64,000 nt of DNA, taken from Betaproteobacteria bacterium (GTDB lineage: Bacteria > Pseudomonadota > Gammaproteobacteria > Burkholderiales > SG8-41). Location: positions 30,328 through 94,327 of the forward strand of contig JAQGNH010000120.1 of NCBI GenBank assembly GCA_028291945.1. The letters are read 5' to 3'. The notes beneath the pieces were generated by a model. It made no database searches. It was given only the letters and a program-made list of their open reading frames with translations, and had not been told where the DNA came from. Shown one piece after another: positions 56,863 through 64,000 of the stretch (positions within the stretch are counted from its first letter, which is position 1; every line of letters begins with the position of its first letter). The translations under genes and the position numbers were made by a program.

Positions 56863-57582
56863 CTACAACATCGCTCCACTGATCCCGATGATCTGCGCGG
56901 AAATATAGCCCGCCTGGTCTGACGCAAGGAATCCCACCAGATCAGCAACCTCTGCGGGCGTACCGGCTCGTTTCATCGGCACCATGCGCGCGATGTCAGC
57001 TTTACTAAACAAGCTTGCGGTCGGCGTATCGGCAATGATTCCCGGTGCGATGGCGTTCACGGTAATACCGCGGCTCGCGACTTCGAGCGCGAGCGCACGC
57101 GTCGCGCCTTGCAACCCCGCCTTCGCTGCGGCGTAGTTCGTCTGGCCGCGATTGCCCGCGATCGCGCTGACAGACGACATGTTGATGATGCGGCCCCAGC
57201 GCGTGCCGATCATCGGCAGCAGCAGGGGCTGAGTAACGTTGAAAAACCCGTTGAGCGAGACGTCGATGACTCGCGCCCACTGCTCCGGCTTCATGCCCGG
57301 CATGACGGCATCGTCCACGATGCCTGCATTGTTGACGAGGATCTGAACTGCACCGGCTTGAAGCATATCGTGCAGCGCGGCCTCGGTCTCTACGCGGTTG
57401 GTAACATCGAAAGCTATTGCGCTTGCAGCGCCTCCTAACGCCTGGATTTCCGCCGACAGCGCTTCAGCCTGCTGAATGTGCTCGTGCGCATGCACATAGA
57501 CGTAACAGCCGTCCGCCGCGAGCCGTTTACAGATTGCTGCGCCAATCGCGCCGCTGCCGCCTGTGACGAGAGCGCGTTTCAC
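56863..57582 (-). CDS. fabG: 3-oxoacyl-ACP reductase (SDR)
   Basis: ALVTGGSGAIGAAI, NNAG, YAAAKAG (YxxxK). Confidence 0.9.
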   Translation of the reverse strand: MKRALVTGGSGAIGAAICKRLAADGCYVYVHAHEHIQQAEALSAEIQALGGAASAIAFDVTNRVETEAALHDMLQAGAVQILVNNAGIVDDAVMPGMKPEQWARVIDVSLNGFFNVTQPLLLPMIGTRWGRIINMSSVSAIAGNRGQTNYAAAKAGLQGATRALALEVASRGITVNAIAPGIIADTPTASLFSKADIARMVPMKRAGTPAEVADLVGFLASDQAGYISAQIIGISGAML

Positions 57583-58331
57583 GGTGCGTGCTTCTTAGAA
57601 CCATGAAACGTCGGCGCAAAACGCGTGCTCAGATGGTTTGACGCTGGCAGCTCGAAAACGATCACACTGCGTTCGTCCCGTGCCAATGCCGCCAATAAGG
57701 GCAGGCTGCGGGCCGCAGGTATGCCAGTCCGCAACGCTTCCAGGGCAGGATCGATCATGCATGTCGGCTGCAAAGATCCGGCCGTATAAGTCACTTCGAT
57801 TGTTGCGAGCGTGCGTTTGGTGGGCTGCGGCGCAAGCACCAGGGCCACACCAAAGGCGCCGCACACCGGCCGTTTCGAATGCAGTGGCTCGGGATAAGGA
57901 TGATCGTACGCGATCAGCGCGACGGGAGTATTGTCCACAGCCGTTTGCGTCGCCGCATCGAGCAGTCCGGCTCCAAAGCTCGCGTCGTAGCAGCACAAGC
58001 TCGTGGACGGCTGACGCGACTGCGTTGCAATGCTCCAGTATCCGGCCGCCGCGTTGTGAACGGAATTGTGAAATCGCGTCGGCGACACCTCGCGCCCCGG
58101 GAGCGCGAGCGATTCGAAGATGTGATGAACCGTTTCCCCATCGCCGCTGGAAGAGGTGAATACCGTCGCGACGGAGGCCGGGTCGCGTCCTGCGTGCGTG
58201 CAGGCCTCTTGGGCGACCGCGAGCGCGAGCTTGACGGGAATACCGGTGCGACGTCGTTCCGCTGCCGGCAACAACGCACTCGCGCTCAACGCGATTGGCG
58301 AAGAAACGTAGGGCTCGGTACCGGCAAGCAC
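57579..58331 (-). CDS. truncated beta-ketoacyl-synthase-like protein (N-terminal KS domain only; chain-length-factor-like partner)
   Basis: 250 aa with a thiolase-fold N-terminal half (FHNSVHNAAAGYWSIA). No HGTxT or GHxxGAAG C-terminal motifs. 4-nt overlap with fabG. Confidence 0.65.
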   Translation of the reverse strand: MLAGTEPYVSSPIALSASALLPAAERRRTGIPVKLALAVAQEACTHAGRDPASVATVFTSSSGDGETVHHIFESLALPGREVSPTRFHNSVHNAAAGYWSIATQSRQPSTSLCCYDASFGAGLLDAATQTAVDNTPVALIAYDHPYPEPLHSKRPVCGAFGVALVLAPQPTKRTLATIEVTYTAGSLQPTCMIDPALEALRTGIPAARSLPLLAALARDERSVIVFELPASNHLSTRFAPTFHGSKKHAP

Positions 58332-58399
58332 TGAACGGCTCTCGCGCCAGTCGCGGAGTCCTGGGCCCGCGAGGCCGATGCCCTCGAGATAAACGCGGA

Positions 58400-59590
58400 T
58401 CAGGCGGTCGACCCCAGAACGAGGCTGCAGTTGCTCCCGCCGAAACCGAACGAGTTACTGAGAACGCGCTCGACGCGCCCGGCCCTGGTTTTCGTCAGAT
58501 AGCGGCTTTTCAACACGGGATCCACCTCCTCAGTGTTCACGCTCGCCGGCATGAGATCGTTCTGCATCGCGAGTATGCCGATTATGGCCTCGGTGACCCC
58601 GGCTGCGCCCAGCAGATGTCCCGTTGCTCCTTTGGTCGAGCTGCAGGGCGTGCGTTCGCCAAACAGCTCGAAGCTCGCCCTGTCTTCGGCTGCGTCATTC
58701 GTCCTGGTCGCAGTGCCGTGCAGATTAATGTAGTCGATGTCCGAGGCCTCGAGGCTCGCCGAATCGAGAGCGCGCTGCATTGCGAGCTTCGCGCCGAGGC
58801 CTTCCGGGTGCGGCGTTGACATGTGATACGCGTCGGAGCTTTCCCCCACGCCGAGGAGCATCGCGCGCGACGTCTCCGGAGCCTCGATTTTTTGCAGCAA
58901 AGCGAAGCCTGCTCCTTCTCCGATGGAGATGCCGTCACGCGCGATGTCGTAAGGCCGACAGGGCCTCGTCGAAACGAGCTCAAGCGCGTTGAAACCATAA
59001 AGTGTCGTGAGGCAGAGACTGTCGACGCCCCCGACGACCGCGGCATCGCAGACACCTGCGGCAATCAGGCGTGCGGCATGCGCGAACACTTTCGCGCTCG
59101 AGGAGCACGCGGACGATACGGCGAACGCAGGCCCCTGCAACTCGAGATAGCGCTGCACGAAATCGGCTACGGAAAAGCAATTCTGCGTCGGCGCGTACAG
59201 GAAATCGGAAGGCAGCGCGCCAGTCTTCGGGTCTCGGCGCCGATACGCGAGCTCCGCTTGCAAAATCCCTGAAGTGCTCGTTCCTATGAAAACACCGATA
59301 CGTTCAGCGCCTATTCTGGCGCGCAGCGCGCGAACGGCATCGGCAAATCCGTCGAGCTCGAGGCCCATCTGCGCGAGCCGGTTATTGCGGCAGTCGTAGA
59401 GCGCAAGATCGGAGCGCACCGGCGCGTTATCGAGACCCGGCACTTGTCCGATAAACGTATTCAGTTGGACCGATTCAAACGCGCACGGCCCGAGACCTGA
59501 GCGTTCCGCGTGCAGCGCTTCCGCAATCGCGGTGGAGCCGGCACCGAGGCTGTTTACGATGGAGAATTGCGAGACGGATAGGGGCTGCAC
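58400..59590 (-). CDS. beta-ketoacyl-ACP synthase (KAS I/II type)
   Basis: Cys-His-His contexts: VSSACSSSAKV, NLHGTATRTND, SSTKGATGHLLGAAG. 396 aa. Confidence 0.92.
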   Translation of the reverse strand: MQPLSVSQFSIVNSLGAGSTAIAEALHAERSGLGPCAFESVQLNTFIGQVPGLDNAPVRSDLALYDCRNNRLAQMGLELDGFADAVRALRARIGAERIGVFIGTSTSGILQAELAYRRRDPKTGALPSDFLYAPTQNCFSVADFVQRYLELQGPAFAVSSACSSSAKVFAHAARLIAAGVCDAAVVGGVDSLCLTTLYGFNALELVSTRPCRPYDIARDGISIGEGAGFALLQKIEAPETSRAMLLGVGESSDAYHMSTPHPEGLGAKLAMQRALDSASLEASDIDYINLHGTATRTNDAAEDRASFELFGERTPCSSTKGATGHLLGAAGVTEAIIGILAMQNDLMPASVNTEEVDPVLKSRYLTKTRAGRVERVLSNSFGFGGSNCSLVLGSTA

Positions 59591-59847
59591 CGGAGACTAA
59601 CGGGAGAGATCGTTGCGACGGCCTGTATTGTATTTCACGCAGGCCTTACCTGGGGGGAGCAAGTCGCGCTCGCGCGTCGCGCTAGTCAACTGCGAGATCG
59701 AGGATGCCTGTTCATAGCGCCAGCCGCGAGCGCCTGGTAGCTGCTAACATTCAGGCATACCAAGCTTTTCATTCCCGTATCGCCCGTCTGGAGGACCCGC
59801 ATGCGACAGGTAACCTGCGCCTGGCGGTCTGTCGATAAGGAGAGGTC

Positions 59848-60765
59848 ATGCTCGAAATCGACATGACGGCGCCCGGCATCGACCGGCTCATCTCTCACGA
59901 CGCGCCGCTCGATCTCATCGCAAACGATCTGCTTTTCGGTGAGGGTCCGCTGTGGAGCACGCGGGAGCGCGCATTCTATTTCGTGGATATCGTGGGCGAC
60001 ACGATCTGGCGCTGGAGGCCGGGGCGCGGGCGCGAAGTATTCATGCGCCCGTCCACGAAAGCGAATGGTCTAACTTTCGACGTTCAAGGCAAGCTGCTCG
60101 TCGCGGGCTGGGCTTCACGCTCGATCTGGCGGGTCGAGCCCGACGGCTCCGTTTCGACGCTCGCATCGCATTTTGACGGAAGGAAGATGAACAGCCCGAA
60201 CGACATCGTCGTGAAGTCGGACGAGTCGATTTACTGGACCGATTCCCCGGGTGCGCTCTTCAATGTCGGAATGGCCGGCGAGGATGTCCAGCAATATTTG
60301 CCGTTCCAGGGTGTCTTTCGACTCTCCGCCGACGGACACAAGCTTTCCCTCGTGATCGAAGACTGCGTTTACCCAAACGGGCTCGCATTTTCGCCCGATG
60401 AGCGCGTGCTCTACGTGAACGACAGCCGTCAATACCTCATCCGTGCATTCGACGTGCAGCCCGACGGCTCCCTCAGGAACGCCCGCATGTTCCACAAACT
60501 GGAGGGCACCGAGGAAGGGATCGCCGATGGCATGAAAGTCGATCGCGAAGGCAACGTCTATTGTTCGGGACCCGGCGGTATCCACGTCATGGATCCCAAC
60601 GGCAAGCGTCTCGGCCGCGTGCGCATACCAGGGCATGTCACCAATATGGGCTGGGGCGACGATGACTGGCGCTCGCTCTACATCACGACGCGCTCTTCGG
60701 TGTATCGCACTCGCGTGAATGTGCCCGGAGTGCCCGTGAGACAGCCCGCCGGTGAGTCACGGTGA
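59848..60765 (+). CDS. SMP-30/gluconolactonase/LRE family protein
   Basis: AAGGAGAG RBS. GEGPLWSTRERAFYFVDI, NSPNDIVV, PNGLAFSPDE, DGMKVDREGNVY. Confidence 0.85.
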   Translation: MLEIDMTAPGIDRLISHDAPLDLIANDLLFGEGPLWSTRERAFYFVDIVGDTIWRWRPGRGREVFMRPSTKANGLTFDVQGKLLVAGWASRSIWRVEPDGSVSTLASHFDGRKMNSPNDIVVKSDESIYWTDSPGALFNVGMAGEDVQQYLPFQGVFRLSADGHKLSLVIEDCVYPNGLAFSPDERVLYVNDSRQYLIRAFDVQPDGSLRNARMFHKLEGTEEGIADGMKVDREGNVYCSGPGGIHVMDPNGKRLGRVRIPGHVTNMGWGDDDWRSLYITTRSSVYRTRVNVPGVPVRQPAGESR

Positions 60766-61670
60766 GCTGGGCGTTCGAAAGGGTCGCTGGACCCTACGAG
60801 AGTGCTCTCGGCGGGCTCGCGTGGACGGGTAGTGCACTTCTCTTCAGCATTCCCGGGGAAAGCCGAATCCTCTCGTACGATACGCAAACGGGAATGGTCT
60901 CGGAGTTTCGGCGCTATACCAATCGCACGAACGGTCTCGCTTGCGCGCGCGACGGCAGCCTTTACGGCGCGCAGGAAGGCGGCCGGCGCATCGTGCATTT
61001 CGCACGTGATGGCTCAACAATGGTCATGCCGCATCTTCTCGAAGGCAAGTACCACAATCAGCCGAACAATCTCGTCGTGGACTCAGCGGGCAGCATCTGG
61101 TTCACGGACCCGCACAGCACTGTGCGCTCTGCGGGGCCACAGATTTTTCCGCCGCTAGAGCATGCTTCGGTGCTGCGGCTCGATCATGAAGAGCAGCGCA
61201 GGCTATGGGATTTGCGCCGCGTCACGTTCGACACGCGGGCACCGCGCGCGCTCGCCATCGCGTCGGATCGCGGCACGCTGTATGTTGCAGAAACAGACAA
61301 CAGTCCCGGAGGACGGCGCGAGCTGCGGGCGTATACGCTCGTCAAAGGTGAGGTGGTCGGCGCGCCGTCCGTGATGCACACGTTCGGTGAAGATCACCGC
61401 GGACCTCATCGCGGTATCGAAGGCATGTGTCTCGACGCGCAGGACAACATTGTCGCGTGCGCCGGCTCGACGCGGAGCGGCCCCGGACCGATGGTGTATG
61501 TGTTCTCGCCGCGTGGCGAGGTCCTGGCCTCACATCGTGTCCCCGCCGATAGTCCGATCAACTGCGCTTTTGGCGGAGAAGGCCTCTCGCTGCTGTTCGT
61601 GACGACTGCGTCGGGTGAGCTTTTCTGCGTGCGTTCGAGCGGCATGCGTGGACAAAACCGAAGCGCTTGA
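60762..61670 (+). CDS. SMP-30/gluconolactonase-like six-bladed propeller protein (divergent second copy)
   Basis: GTGA start/stop overlap with the upstream gene. NQPNNLVVDSAGSIWFTDP, ALAIASDRGTLYVAE, EGMCLDAQDNIV. Confidence 0.7.
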   Translation: MSWAFERVAGPYESALGGLAWTGSALLFSIPGESRILSYDTQTGMVSEFRRYTNRTNGLACARDGSLYGAQEGGRRIVHFARDGSTMVMPHLLEGKYHNQPNNLVVDSAGSIWFTDPHSTVRSAGPQIFPPLEHASVLRLDHEEQRRLWDLRRVTFDTRAPRALAIASDRGTLYVAETDNSPGGRRELRAYTLVKGEVVGAPSVMHTFGEDHRGPHRGIEGMCLDAQDNIVACAGSTRSGPGPMVYVFSPRGEVLASHRVPADSPINCAFGGEGLSLLFVTTASGELFCVRSSGMRGQNRSA

Positions 61671-61695
61671 GCGCGCGATCCATAGGGACCATTGC

Positions 61696-63849
61696 TTGAC
61701 GGAATTGAAAAAATTTGTTGCGCCTTCCACGGTGGCACTCGTCGGCGCGACCGAAGAGCTCAACCGATTTGGCGGACGCTGTCTGCAGCGTCTACTCAGT
61801 TTCGGTTACGAAGGGCGCGTCTTTCCGATCAATCCCCGTTACAAGACACTTCAGGGACTCGCATGCTATCCGAGCATACTCGACGTGCCCGAGGCGCCGG
61901 ATCACGTCGGCGTTGTGGTGCCGGCAGAGCGTGTTCTCGGTGTCTTGAAGGACTGCGCGAAGCGTGGAGCGCGTTTCGCGACGGTTTACACCGGGGGCTT
62001 TGCCGAAGCCGGAACGGAACAAGGCCTTGCGATGCAGCGCGACATCACCGCGTTCACGCGCGAGTCAGGCATGCGCGTGATGGGGCCGAATTGCAACGGC
62101 GTCATCAACTTCGTCGATGCGTTCGCGATGACGACAACTGCGACCATAGCGGGACCGCGCAAGCCGGCGGGCACCGTGGGCATCGTTTCGCAGAGCGGCG
62201 GGCTCGCCCAGGTGAATGTCATGTGGCGCGCGCAGGAGCTTGGTATCGGCGTGAGCTACGAGGTGAGCTGCGGGAATTGCGCGGACCTCAACGTCCTTGA
62301 TTTCCTCGAGTTCATGATCGACGACGACGCGAGCGACGTCGTGCTCGTTCTCGCAGAACACATTGGCGACGGCGCGCGCCTCATCGAACTGGCCGGCCGC
62401 GCCGCCGATCGTGAGAAGCCGATCGTGATGCTGAAGCTTGGCCGCAGCGAAGCGGGCAGCCTTGCCGCAGCGTCGCATACCGGCGCAGTTACCGGGCCTG
62501 ATGCGGTTGCGGATGCGGTACTGCGGCAGTCGGGGATCGTGCGCGTAATGGACGCTGCCGAGCTATACGAATACGCGATGCTCCTTCGAACGAAGCGCTG
62601 GCCGCGCGGGCGGCGCGCCGCGGCAACCACGATTTCAGGCGGCAACGGCGTGCTGCTCGTCGACCTTGGCGCGACCATGGGAATCACCTGGCCCCAATAC
62701 AGCGCTGAAACACAAACGCGTCTTCGCGAATGGCTGCCCAAGCTCGGCACCGCCGGTAATCCCACCGATGTCACGAACGCGGCGATCGGCAAGCAGGATC
62801 TGTTCCGGCGCTGCATCGAGATCATCGCGGAAGATGACAGCGTGGACCTCGTGATTCCGATTTTCACGATGGCTGCGGCGACCGATGTGCAGCAGGCGGT
62901 GGAGGCTGCACGCACTGCGCAGAAGCCGATAGCGGTGCTTTGGGCGGGCGGCTGTAGCAGCGATCCATCCGTGACCGCGAAAACGCTGATCGAGCGGGGT
63001 GTGCCGGTCTATCGCAACACGTTATCGTGTCTGCAAGCCGTGCGCGCATCGATGCAATACGGCGAGTTCCTGCGCGAGCGGTGCGAGCGCAATACGGACC
63101 GCCCGTCCGGCACCGATAGAACTGCTGCTTTGAAGGTGTTGGGGGCAAGGCGTGGCGGATTGACCGAACGCGAGAGCAAGGAAGTGCTCGCGGCGTACGG
63201 CTTCACGATCATGCGTGAAGCGCTCGCTGCAAATGCCGATGAAGCGGTGCGAATCGCTCGCGACCTGGGAACGCCGGTTGCGCTCAAGATCGAATCGCCG
63301 GATATCCCGCACAAGACAGAAGCGAATGCCATTCGCCTGAACGTGCTGGGCGACGCTGCCGTCCGCAGCGCTTTCGACGACATCATGGCAGCGAGCAGGC
63401 GTTATGCTCCCGATGCGCACTTGAACGGCGTGCTGGTCCAGCCTATGGCACCGGCGGGTCTGGAAGTCATGCTCGGGCTTGCGTCCGATCCCGTCTTCGG
63501 TCCTATCGTCGTAGCAGGCCTGGGTGGCATCTTTGTCGAAGTGTTTCGCGACGTCTCGTACAGGGCTGTCCCGGTTGGAGGCGCAGAGGCGCGAGCGATG
63601 CTGGACGAGTTGCGCGCGAGCGCACTGCTGCACGGCGTAAGAGGCGGCACGCCTCGCGACCTCGAGGCACTGTGCGATCACATCGTGCGTCTTTCCTGGC
63701 TGGGCCACGATCTTCGCGACCACATCGTCGAGCTCGACATCAACCCTCTCATCGTGCTCGAGCGCTCACGCGGCGTGTGTGTCGTCGACGCGCTGGTGGT
63801 TCCCCGTAACGCGCACCGGGACCCATCGCAAGCCGGGCCTGCAGCATGA
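61696..63849 (+). CDS. ADP-forming acyl-CoA synthetase (acetate--CoA ligase family: CoA-binding plus ATP-grasp)
   Basis: VALVGATEELNRFGG CoA-binding N-terminus, GPNCNG, ATP-grasp C-terminal half. The longest ORF (GTG 61615) overlaps the upstream gene by 56 nt. TTG 61696, with AGGGAC upstream, is preferred but uncertain. Confidence 0.85.
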   Translation: MTELKKFVAPSTVALVGATEELNRFGGRCLQRLLSFGYEGRVFPINPRYKTLQGLACYPSILDVPEAPDHVGVVVPAERVLGVLKDCAKRGARFATVYTGGFAEAGTEQGLAMQRDITAFTRESGMRVMGPNCNGVINFVDAFAMTTTATIAGPRKPAGTVGIVSQSGGLAQVNVMWRAQELGIGVSYEVSCGNCADLNVLDFLEFMIDDDASDVVLVLAEHIGDGARLIELAGRAADREKPIVMLKLGRSEAGSLAAASHTGAVTGPDAVADAVLRQSGIVRVMDAAELYEYAMLLRTKRWPRGRRAAATTISGGNGVLLVDLGATMGITWPQYSAETQTRLREWLPKLGTAGNPTDVTNAAIGKQDLFRRCIEIIAEDDSVDLVIPIFTMAAATDVQQAVEAARTAQKPIAVLWAGGCSSDPSVTAKTLIERGVPVYRNTLSCLQAVRASMQYGEFLRERCERNTDRPSGTDRTAALKVLGARRGGLTERESKEVLAAYGFTIMREALAANADEAVRIARDLGTPVALKIESPDIPHKTEANAIRLNVLGDAAVRSAFDDIMAASRRYAPDAHLNGVLVQPMAPAGLEVMLGLASDPVFGPIVVAGLGGIFVEVFRDVSYRAVPVGGAEARAMLDELRASALLHGVRGGTPRDLEALCDHIVRLSWLGHDLRDHIVELDINPLIVLERSRGVCVVDALVVPRNAHRDPSQAGPAA

Positions 63850-64000
63850 AGCTGAATGCTGCAATTGCCGGCGTAGGGACGAGCAGGGTGGGCCAGGTCG
63901 CCGACCGCTCCGCTCTGCAGTTGCAAGCGGATGCCGCGCAGGCTGCTCTGGCGGATGCCGGTTTGCGCATGACCGACATCGACGGGCTGCTCACGACTCC
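63846..64000 (+). CDS. thiolase-like protein, N-terminal fragment (runs off the window)
   Basis: ATGA overlap with the upstream stop. MKLNAAIAGVGTSRVGQVADRSALQLQADAAQAALADAGLRMTDIDGLLT resembles SCP-x/DitF-type thiolase N-termini. Confidence 0.45.
   Translation, partial: MKLNAAIAGVGTSRVGQVADRSALQLQADAAQAALADAGLRMTDIDGLLTT

Noticed and set aside
1-64000. Mobile elements, prophage genes, toxin-antitoxin pairs or known defence systems.
   Set aside because: I recognised no transposase, integrase, recombinase, phage structural gene, restriction-modification, Cas, or nuclease/NTPase defence-type gene. The only compositional anomaly I could document is the GC dip at the methyltransferase gene.

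Overview
This is 64 kb of high-GC chromosomal DNA; one hand-counted 60-nt line at 30001 gave 38/60 G+C. The gene content looks like a Burkholderiales-type betaproteobacterium: a trxA-rho-rpmE neighbourhood, a Bug/TctC binding protein and a NodT-MacAB efflux system. I can support about 60 protein-coding genes. I found no rRNA, tRNA, CRISPR, transposase, integrase, phage or recognisable defence genes.

Layout:
- 0-7 kb: GGT plus a TcuA-like flavoprotein, a LeuD/LeuC-like hydratase and a tartrate-type dehydrogenase.
- 7-12 kb: rpmE, three tandem DUF2846-like lipoproteins, a degenerate ~140-bp tandem repeat built from the 3' end of rho, then rho, trxA and fdxA.
- 12-26 kb: mixed transporters and redox enzymes, a stand-alone LigD polymerase domain and a REC-Hpt protein.
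- 27-38 kb: an envelope block of NodT-MacB-MacA, two tandem two-component systems and DegP.
- 40-46 kb: a phthalate-type Rieske oxygenase cluster feeding pcaHG.
- 46-59.6 kb: an aryl-polyene/xanthomonadin-like type II KS/ACP lipid cluster with a LolA-like carrier, an MMPL exporter and a flavin-halogenase-like gene. I can find no dehydratase in it.
- 59.8-64 kb: twin SMP-30 lactonase-like genes, an ADP-forming acyl-CoA synthetase and a thiolase-like gene.

The best candidates for something new are the dehydratase-less halogenase-containing lipid cluster, the rho-3'-derived tandem array with a hairpin preserved in each unit, and the lipoprotein triplet between rpmE and rho. All functional calls come from family recognition by eye. 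No searches were run.
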